DNA from: Lytechinus pictus
Taxonomy: Eukaryota
Reading direction: 5' to 3'
Assembly: GCF_037042905.1 (NCBI RefSeq)
Contig: NC_087245.1
Coordinates: forward strand, 38,254,001 to 38,318,000
Length of the DNA: 64,000 nt
Positions 25,337-37,000 of the stretch are shown one piece after another; position 1 is the first letter of the stretch; each line of letters starts with the position of its first letter. Made by a program: the position numbers and the translations under genes. The notes below the pieces were generated by a model that saw only the letters and a program-made list of their open reading frames with translations, ran no database searches and had not been told where the DNA came from.

Positions 25337-27981
25337 CTGTCAAGATTGAAAATAAAAACAACTGTTAAAGCAACAAAAAAAAATTCTTACATGTAAGTAA
25401 ACAAGGTGGTCCACTAACAAGTCTCGCCTTATTTTGCGATCAATATACATGTACATGCGAAATTACCTTTTGACACCTTTCATGTAAGCTTTGTAGGTAT
25501 ATTATTGTGACAATATCTTATGATTATTTGAATATGAATTTATTAACAAACTTCATTCATTTGAAATGAACATTTTGTTTTACAATACTATACAATGATA
25601 CTATAAACAAAAATATTCATAACGTGTCGTAAAAATCAATATACGGTACATCAATACATTTTCCATACATTTTTCATTTGTTCAAAGTTTTATATTTAAG
25701 GTAATGAGGACATGTTTAAAATAATGTGATTTATAAAACTGAAAACCTATAAAAAGAAACAAAGAATTATTATAAAATAATAAATAAAATCAACTGGATC
25801 AGCACAGCAATTTTGCCCTCACAACTGCCCAAATCACCCCTGAAATTCCCCCAAATACATGTTTTGTGGCAACCATTCCTTTCAGAGTCGCCCAAAGATC
25901 TGTCGCAAAAAAATATCCAAGATTATTTAGAAAAGAAATATTTCAAAGCGCCCTGCCATTGACAAATCATGGGGAAATTGAATCAATACAAAATGTGCAA
26001 AAGGCCAATTGACTTGCACAATATAATCCGTCCGTCATGAGAGCCCGTCGGACCAATGCGATAAAAGTTCGGACAGCACAATTTTGACCAAACTCTTGAT
26101 CGTTATTACTTCGGGTCATCGCAGTTCTCGTTTCCAACAACCCCAATTCCTGAACTCTTTAAAAGCAGGTCTCTTGTTGCTAAACCAAAATAAATAACCT
26201 CTATGAAGTTACATGTTTCAAAGTGAAAACACAGTTTACTTCTGGTCGGTTAGTCTACTAAAAATTGCTCTCCTATATTAGACCTCCCAGACATGCAGGC
26301 GTCTATTATATAACACCCCAGGCATGCAGCCGAATGAAAGATTTGAATCCCTTCTCTGTTCTGAGATTAGCCTTGATTTCCCCATGACTTGTCAATGGAA
26401 GGTCGCTTAAACTATGGCAGAGTAAGGATATTTGCTTTTACTGCATTTATAAGTGCTTGTTACCCCTAAAAAGCAGCCCTTAAAATGAAATAGCCCCCAA
26501 AATTTTACCACCAGTGACCACACTAATGTACATTTAGAAAAAAATCATACCCTGAATTGGACAGAATTATGAGAGCATGAACTGATTCACAGTGATTTAT
26601 GAGGACTAAATTGTGGAAATTAAAGTGCACGTATGTGATTAAACAGTTGATTCATTTGGGATGGAAAACGCATTGTTAAATTTTTTTATACAAACCTGTA
26701 AAAATATACAAAAAATATTACAAACTTTGAAAAAAAAAAAACTGGAAAGAACAATGATCATTTGTAACAAGTGTGAACACAATTGATGCAGAAATAAAGA
26801 AATGAGAGCAAGTTGAATAAGAAACTTCCAACGTTTTTGTATAAACTGACCAACAGAATAACAGGAAAAAAGATGACATTACATGTACAAGGTCTTTGCC
26901 GAACTTCGTTTGGGCGAGACAAAAGGTAGTATGCGACATACACGCTTGGCCGGGGCAAGTAAAAGTAAGAGTTGGGCAAGTGTTTTGAATTAAAGACAAA
27001 AACTACTTGCTTGAATCGGTCAAGCAAAATTCTCACAGTGAATTGAAATTTTATAAAGTTTTCCCATATTTCACAAGCAAAAATACAGAAGAGAGAGAAA
27101 GAAAAAACAAGTGGAATGCCTCTGGCCGTCTCACCTGCATCACGCGATTCAATATAGCAGCAGTGCTGATTTTGAAAACTACTATAACTCGCACAAGATG
27201 TTCAGTGATACTTGGTTACTCTTATTTCCACGTTTTATGAACTAGACCAATACACTTATAGAGATATGATGGCAATTCAACAAATACCCCCAATGTGGCC
27301 AAAGTTCTTTGACCTTGATCATGTGACCTGAAACTCGCACAGGATGTTCAGTGATACTTGATTACTATTATGTCCAAGTTTTATGAACTAGACCAACACA
27401 CTTTCAAATTTATGGCTGTAATTCAACAAATACCCCAATTTGGCCAAAGTTCATTGACCCTAAATGACCTTTGACCTTGATCATGTGACCTGAAACTTGC
27501 ACAGGATGTTCAGTAATACTTGATTACTATTATGTCCAAGTTTCATGAATCAGATCTATAAACTTTCAAAGTTATGATGGTAATTCAACAGATACCCCCA
27601 ATTCGGCCAAAGTTCATTGACCCTAAATGACCTTTGACCTTGGTCATGTGACGTGAAACTCATGCAGGATGTTCAGTGATACTTGATTAACCTTATGTAT
27701 AAGTTTCATGAACTAGGTCCATATATTTTCTAAGTTATGATGACATTTCAAAAACTTAACCTTAGGTTAAGATTTTGATGTTGATTCCCCCAACATGGTC
27801 TAAGTTCATTGACCCTAAATGACCTTTGACCTTGGTCATGTGACATGAAACTCAGGCAGGATGTTCAGTAATACTTGATTAACCTTATGGCCAAGTTTCA
27901 TGAACTAGGTCCATATACTTTCTAAGTTATGCTGTCATTTCAAAAACTTAACCTCAGGTTAAGATTTGGTGTTGACGCCGC

Positions 27982-28012
<31 letters not shown>

Positions 28013-31000
28013 GTCGCCGCCGCCGTCGGAAAAGCGGCGCCTATAGTCTCACTCTGCTATGCAGGTGAGACAAAAACCAAAGTTAACAACTTTCCTTGAT
28101 TTAAAATGCAAGCCAGTTTGCATAATTTTCTTTGATCTACACACGGCGTGTGTCTTTGTGTACCTCACTCAGCCACACACAGACATAGGCTGTGTTCAGA
28201 TTATCCCCTGCTTACCGGAACATCCCCTGGAATCTGTGTGTGGCTGTGTGATTGTTCCAGTCATTTAAAATTTTGATTTTAACCTCCTATAGTTTCTTTG
28301 TAATTAAGCCAATCATTTGAACATGCCTGTGAAAGATGTGTGTAAACTGGGAAGTTTGCTTAATCCCATCTCATTTTCATTGGCCTTTTTTGCCATTTTG
28401 TGACTTTGGATTCTGATTCTGAAACCAATTGATGTGAGGGGCTAAAAATTCTAGTCATATAGTATTCCTACGCTACATGAGCCAACTTCACAGCTCTGTA
28501 ACAACATGTACTCAACAACCTATTCCAATCATTGCATGAAATCTTTAACTTGAAAACAATCATTCAGCAAATTTAGGAAAAGGAAATACATACCCTTCTG
28601 TTAGAATCCTCCTCTTGTCGTTTCTCATAGTGGTTGAAATCATCAAAGATGCAGGTCTCGTGCTTGAAATTGTGAATGATCTTCATCACCTGCTTAGCTT
28701 TGTCCAATAACACTTCCTGAGTGTCACGAGAGTTGGTCACAGGCTTGTTATCATTGTTCTCCAGCCGTATGTGCCGAAGCGTGCTGTTTGGAACATCCTT
28801 CACATATATCCATCGCACATCAAAACGACCCTTCCACTTATCCTGGGCCCACACACCAGTGTTGGTTGTAGAGTCCACCTCAGACATCATTTCTGCCACT
28901 CCACAGAAGTGCCCACTACCGTTCACACTGTAAATAAGGTACACAGGACCTTTACTTTGGCGTTCCTTCATGGCAGCATCCAAGCGTTTGTTACCATGCT
29001 CGGTGCTGCACCAGATGCCATACTTAATGGAGCGATGGATGTCGTCTTCTGAGTAGCTCTTGATGATAAAGATTCGAGAGTTCTTAAGGTCAAGTGTAAA
29101 GTCAGTAGGATTATAGTCATTAATAGAACGTAATTTCTCCAATACCGGGCTATCTGTATCATTTTTCTGGCCCGGTACACCAGATATGGGTGCCAGACCT
29201 GCGGTACTGCTTTGGTTAGAAGATCTTTGTCCATAGCCACGATTCTGTCCATTCGAGTCCCACACTCTCGGTTGTTGGGGTTGCGGTTGCACAACAGCCT
29301 GAGGTCCCCTCCGTGGAACGTCGCTCGTTGGCAACACTGGCTTTTGCTGGGACACAGGCTGAGCTGAAGTGAGAGGAGGTTGAGAAACCTCAATCTTGGC
29401 AACTGGCTGAGGCTGGACATGTTGCACTTGCGGTTGAGGGTGAACTGGCATCTGCTGCTGTGGAGGTTGCATGGGAGGCTGCTGAGGTGGCACCTGGATA
29501 TGCTGCTGAGGAGGGATGGCAGCAGGAGGTTGGGGCTGGGCTTGTGCTGGGTTCTGAGGGGGAGAGGGCATGGTGGTGGCAGTCCCAGCTGGCTTAGGAG
29601 TGCCAGTTTTGTCGCAATTATTCCAAGTTCCAATAGTCATTGGGGGCTTCATTGTCGGAAGCTGAGTAGGTACGGGAGCATGGGATCCAGTCTTTGTTGT
29701 TTTCTTGGGTTGCGGCTTTGCAGGCTTACTAACGATGGCAGCCCACGATGTTTGCTTTGGCACTGCTGTGTTCTGAGGAGGGGGTTGTGCAGTTCCTCCA
29801 GCCCCAGCCACAGCCTGAGAGAAGCTGGGCCCTTGAGGCTTAGGAGGAATCACATCCTGCTTCAGAACTTCACGTCCAGCAACATTCATAGCAGTCTTAT
29901 CCATGGGAGCACCGATGTTCAGTCCAGACATTCCCAATTCCATTGCCTTCATTCCATGGGCTTTGCCATCCTGTGCGTCAAGTCCATTTAAACCCTGGCT
30001 GTAGTTACGCTGTCCAGTCATAGAAGTCGGGCCAGCCTGGTACCTAGGGTAGTCATAGTAAGAGCCAGTCGGTGCCTGGGCCTGTGGCTGGGTACGAGCT
30101 GTTCCCTGGGGTTGGGCAGCGGGAGCAGAGTTACTCGCCCAGGTCCCTGGCATAAAGTCTGCATTGGGAGGGAAAAAGTTGAAGGTCTGGTTCAAGTAGG
30201 GAGGGGTGGTGCCAGGTTGGTTGTAGTAGTCCGGAGCAGCATAGTTCGACTCATAGCTTGTGTAGTTAAAATTGTTAAAGGTGTCTCCACCTGTGGACCA
30301 TGTTGTTTCAGTTCCAGGAATAGAGTACGATGGGAAGGAGTAAGGTGACTGGTAGTACGTTGTTGGCATATAGGAATCCTGTGCAGCCATACTCGGTGCC
30401 GAAGAGTACCCCTGTATTGGAACAAAACAAAAAAATATGTTAACTTTTCAGTATTTTTCAAAACTTTCTTTTCTACAGCATGTCCCAAAAATAAGGTCCC
30501 TCTTGACATACGGTTGAATTATTTCTGAAATAAATAACTATTATTCTCAATTAAATGTGCAGTAATAGAGAGCTCGTTACATATTCTCAATTCTACAAAA
30601 ATCTAATTGGTCTCACACCTCAGCAGTTTTAATAGCAGTAGTGCTTTTCACCCCATTCCAAGTTTGCATGCTGCACTGCTGTATGCTCTGCAGTGTCAAG
30701 CAAGTCAACCCCACACTGATTCCCCTATTAATCATCAAACAAAATCTTCATGCTGGATGCTCCTTGCCCTTCTGATCACGATAATGTTTGAGATATGATG
30801 AACTTTGTCAGATAAGGGTAATTATGTCCCTGCTCAGATCCTGGAAGTTAAAATGGGGGTTGACATGCTGGAGACAATGCAGTAATACAGCAGTGCTGCA
30901 AACTTGGAATGGGTAGGAATGGGCTGAAATGTACCGCTGTTACTGAACAGAATGTGTAAACCAGTGAAGTGAGGTAAGTTAAAAAAAAATCAAATGAGCT

Positions 31001-34000
31001 CTCTAGTCTCTACAATGTAGTTATGTACATTTGAGAAGATAATGCACTTTGGAATTAAATGATCTGTATTTCAGAGGGACATTTTTTGGGGGGATGTGTT
31101 GCATTGATTTGATTTTACAAGTATTTCCTCCTCATGACATGGGCTGTCAATTATAACTTTAACGTTCAATCCATAAAGCCAATAATTATCTGGGGCCCTC
31201 TCTCTGGTATACATGTTCTATTTTTCTTCAAAAACAGCAATTGGAGTAGTGTCATATTTAAATACAAACTTGGTGTTATTGGATCATAAATCAACAGATC
31301 AAGATTATACATGTATCTTGAAAAAGAGACTCAAGTTTTCTAAAATGCCAATTCCATGTTCTACATGTCGGGACACATACTGTACAATACATCATTCAAT
31401 ATAATAAAGCACTATACATATTGTTTGTTGAAAAAGGGTTTATGAAATATAATGCTTCCTGATAGAGAGAAAGTAGGAAATCTCATTGGCCACCCCCAAA
31501 AGATGCAAAATGAATGAGGAAAGCATCACTATTAAAATATCTATATTTTTTAATGATCTTTTACAACTTGCTCATTTCTATTTTATTGTTCTTATTTTAC
31601 CACTTCGTTATTATTATCATTGCCTAAGTACAGGTACATGTAGTCTTGCATTTCACATTTCTTATCTCAGTATTTAAAAATGTTACTCTTTTTGAATGTT
31701 TATTGTACAGTACATGAGATGAGTGTATTAATTGTTTGTACTTTGAATGCATGACCAATTCAACCATTTGGCTGCGACAGCAACTCATGTTTTCAATGAA
31801 CCTTGAATTGAAATATCTATTCCACAGTTCAGATTGGTTCATGCATACATGTACAATACAATATTGCATTTCCACTAATGCCACAAAATATTAGATACAT
31901 GTATTAGCTGAATACTGTATTCAGCTGTAAACTACTAATTTGTGGCTTTACACGCATATTACATATACATGGCTCATCTTGCATTAGGAACTTGAATGCC
32001 AGGTGGGTGTTTCATAAAGCTGTTCGTAAGTTAAGAGCGATTTTAAGAACGACTGGTGATCCTTTCTTACGCGCTAAAACATTGTCAATGGTGCATACCA
32101 TTTACCAACAGAAAGGATCACCAGTCTTTCTTAAAGTCGCTCTTATCTTACGAACAGCTTTATGAAACACCCACCAGGATTCATGTACATGTATAAGTCT
32201 TCTTACACAGCTCTTAATGAACATGTTACGTTGCCAAATGGCAGTTTACATGTAGGTAGTTACTGTGATTATAGTATCACAGTACATATACATGTATGTG
32301 CAAACCATTGATAGCAAACCGCCTGCTTCATCAGAGCTACAATACATTTAATTGTGTGCAATTTGAATCAAATAATTGAAATGCAGAGAAATCATAGTTA
32401 GGACTAGTGAGTACGTAGTACCAGCCATTCTTCGAAAAATGTAAACTCATGCCACTGAGTACATTACAATTTACAATCCATGAGCAAGGGAGAAAAACAA
32501 ATTAGAAGGGGTGGGGTGCCCCAAGCCTCCAGAGATGTTTTTCTTTCAGAGAAATCTGTTGATTTTGGTAATTTGATCCAATTCATACAGTACTACAGAC
32601 TGTCTTTTATTATTTTCATTATTTCTGCAGGTATTGGGACAAGTCCACCCCAACAAAAAGTTGATTTGAATAAAAAAAAGAAAAATCCAACAAGCATAAC
32701 ACTGAAAATTTCATCAAAATTTGATGTAAAATAAGAAAGTTGTGATATTTTGCTTAATGTCACAAAATAATGGATAAGAATTAAAAAAAGTTACCTGATG
32801 GGCGGGCTGGTTGGACTGCATGTAGCGTTCTAGTTCTCCTTCAGCAACATTCTCCTTAGGGTTTATCGGTCCATTTGGTACTAAGAGGCAAAGGAAAAGA
32901 AATTAAGCCATTTGATAATGGCAGACATGTATGCACAGTACATGCATGGATGACTTCAATACAGTTTGCATAAATCTATTAATGATAATAAACGAATGGA
33001 ACGCTTCTGGCAGTCTCACCTGCATTACGTAATTCAATATAGCAGCAATGCCCACTACGAAAACAACTAAGATAAATAATCATTCACAGAAACATCATTC
33101 ACATGATAATAACATACTAGATTCATCGACAATAAATGACCTTTGACCTTAATCATGTGACCTAATAATACTCATGCAAAAGGATCACTGATATTTGATT
33201 ACCACTACATGTATGTGTAGGTCCATGTTTCATGAACTAGATCCATAAACTTTCCAAGTTATGATGGCATTTCAACAAATACCCCAAACATGGTCAAAGT
33301 TCATTGACCATAAATGACCTTTGACCTTAATTATGTGACCTTAAATTTGAGCAGAATGTTTAGTGATACTTAATTTTTCTTATGACCTACTTTCATGAAC
33401 TAGATCCATATACTTTCAAAGTTACTATATTTCAAAAACTTATGTGTAACTTTGGTTAAGATTTTGATGCTGAGTGAGCAGAGTCCCCAACATAGTCTAA
33501 GTTCATTGACCCTTAATGACCTTTGACATTGGTCAATACTCAGGCAAGATATTCAGTAATACATATGTGAAATGTGAATAGACATGTACATAGGAAGTTG
33601 CCATCAGTTATATTGTTTTAAAGTATTGTCTACATGTACAGTAAATGAACATCTGAATGTTCTTCACTACATGTAAATTACATACAGTGTGTACATGTAC
33701 ATGCACTTGTGTGGTTACCTGTACATGTGGAAGAATTATTATTAAAACTTAAGGATTATTGACTTTAAATATGTAAAATAAATTCATAATTGTGACTTAG
33801 GTAGTTACATGTACAATTTCTGATTCTTAATTCTTACCTTGGCTCCTCTGACTTCTTGGTTTCTGCAAAAGAAGTGCAAATTAAAAATTAAATTACAAAA
33901 GTAATAAATTTTGATATTTACATGTAGTGTTTGTTTTGAAGAATGATCTACAGACCTTACATACAGGGTTATCTCAAAAGTTGAGTCAACTACATGTACA

Positions 34001-37000
34001 TATAATCTGACTATGTACATCAGGGCTCTGTCTTACAAAGACTTACGATTGATACAATCAATCGTAAGTATGGAAATCCACCAGTGTCAAATTTTTTTCT
34101 ACAGGAAATTTGCCAAAATGTCCTTTGTAACAAAGGCAAACACACCAAACTTGTCAAGAAATCAATGAATTTATGAAAATACATCATATATCTACATATA
34201 TTTTTGAACAAACATGTATTTTTAGATGTGGGCGTTGCTGGCTTTCCATAGTTGAGTTTGATCACATCGATCGCAACTCTTTGTAAGATGGGGCCCATTT
34301 GTATAAAATTATGCAAATTTGATGTGAACTGATATCAGTCTTTTTAAAGTGAAAGAATATTTAAGATAGAGATTGGAAATTAAGAAAATTATTTTTAATC
34401 AGCCTTTCTGATTGGTCATGAAAATGTATGATGAAGTAGTGAAATTAATTAAGAAAAAATATATTTTACTTAGATATTTATATCTAATGTACATGTAGCA
34501 GGGTCACAGAATGGTTTTGAAAGGGGGGGGGGTTGAGTCGGATGACATCATGACAGTTGACGCAAAAATCAGACTCAGATGGTGATGTTTATATTTTTAC
34601 ACGGTTTGGGGGGAAAAAGTGGGGGCTCCTCCTCCCCCGGTTCCATGGCCCCAGCTAATTGTTGCATACCTTTCCAAAGACAGGCAAGCTGGATAACATG
34701 TTCAGTATTTTGTTATTTAGACGACTGATGTGGAAAACTACATGTAGTTTCATGTAACCGTTACTGTTCAAGAACCCCCCCCCCCCCATCCTGCTTGTTT
34801 CAAAAGGTTGCGTTAACGAACCACTCTGATCTCAACACAACACTTCCAAGACAAGTGAGGGCTTAGCTCAAAGGGTTGCTTTACTTGCTTAGCATATCGC
34901 ACCGCACCACAAGGCAACACTGTAAGTGTATTATGGACCACATTTTTTCAGACAAAAGGCAGAAGAGAGATACAGATTTTTTTCAATTAGAAAGACATAT
35001 TTTCTCAAAATAATCAATTACTGAGTAATTACATTATTCATACAATGTACAACGGTACAACCCCCATCCTTGTTCTGTATGAATTTGTCAATATTTAATT
35101 ATTGTTTAAGATGAAAAGTATTGAATGGTGTCATTACTTACAACTTTGAATGACCAAAGATCTGAGAAATTAATATTGGGGATCAGACATACCTGAACAT
35201 GTACATATACAATATAAATTTAGAAGATCTGTTTAATTACACCAAAAATACTGAATTGAAATGAATGGTACTAGATCCAGTAATACTATGAATCATCATT
35301 AGGGACGCACCATGAGATATCTGGGAGGGGGGCTGAAAAAATCTTGACTGGATATATGAGCAAAAAAAAAAAAAAAACCTTGGTCCACTGACAAATCATC
35401 TGAAAGGTGCAAAAAATACTAAAACTTGTCTCAATGGAGTAAGAAAAAAAAGGGGAAAAAAAATTGCTCAAAGAAAGAAAAAAAAAGATTTGCATCAACC
35501 CAAACTTCCAGCCCCCACCCCCTGGGTATCTAATGGTGCATCCCACCTGGATATCCTGATCATGTATCTACAATACAGTCTTATATTTGTTATTCAAACC
35601 TATTAATCAGGACTACAAGATCACTTACAAAACGGTATTACAATCATGGTCCTGACAGGAGGCCATCATGATGGAAATATTACATAAAAGATCCATCAAC
35701 CTTATTTGTAACACTTCAGAATGTACAGTGTGGGTAAGACAGGGACATTTCATTAACATACAGTATGTACATGACATGTACACATACATGTACCTTTGCA
35801 AACTACATGTAGGACTGAGTCAAAATGTTTAATAGCCGTTCAAAGTAACGACCATTAAAAGCATGAACGTATTCTTATTTTGACAAACGTAGTGACTGGT
35901 GACCGTATGGTGACAGGGGGGGGGGGGGGGGGGGACAGGGGTGGCTCAGAAGTTCGAATCAATGATTCAAATACTAATGTCATGGCTTATAAATCAGCAA
36001 ATATATTTTCAAGTCTACATTGAATGAAATTGCAATATGCCTTGCCAGAATATGGAATTTATATCTTGGTCCTACATATAGACATTCACGTTAGTACATG
36101 TACATCTAGTGACTGTTCGACATCAACCAAAAGTTACACTGTACATGTATATTTCATGGAAGTAAATGTGAAAATTTAGTAGCTTCCAGAGAGTTTTTTT
36201 TTCTTTTTCTCCCTACCATCATCTCAACAAACCACTGTTACATGTAAAACATTTAAAAAAAATAAACATAACGATCCAGGCCTAATCCCTAACTGTCTGG
36301 GAATAATAACTAAAAAAGTTCTTCATCATTAAAACAATTATGATAAGAAATCACAATATAAATAAAATAATAACATTTTCTGCTTCCCAAAATTTTAGTA
36401 CGAAATCAGACCATTGCCTATATTTTACTGTTGAAGCTACATGTAAACTGGACTTCAGATTTCAGAATATGGGCTACAAAGTTGGCCTATAATATCTCAA
36501 ATTTTTTTAATTTCATAATGATACAGATATTACTTTTCATTCACATGCACTCATATTAGCAGAGCACAATACCACACTAAATATCTAATAAACATCCAAT
36601 TGTTAAAGGAGAATGAAACTCTTGGAGCAAGTTAGCTTTTGTGAAAGCAGAAAAATCAAAGAATAAGATCAACAAAAGTTTGAGTAAAATAGGACTAGAA
36701 ATAGAAGAGTTATGAACATTTGAATGTCGAGATCACTAATGCTATGGAGATCCCTCTGTTGGCAATGCGACCAAGATCTATGATGTCACAGATGAACAAC
36801 TCTCCCCTTTTGGACACTGAAAATATACCCCAAAACATCCCTTTTTGCTCATTCTAATCATATGACAAACGATTCATCAATGATATAATGTTGTGAAACC
36901 TCTGTACTTGTCCTGTCATAAAGAGAACACCTCACCTTGTGATAGACTCGATAAAAGTGAGAATATAAGTGAAATAAGTACTAAAGTAATGAGGGAGTTG

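Noticed and set aside
28573-30390. YTHDF as an intronless 605-aa gene or retrocopy
   Set aside because: The ORF is bounded by good splice sites, and conserved upstream microexons exist; the VCISFS tail is intron read-through.
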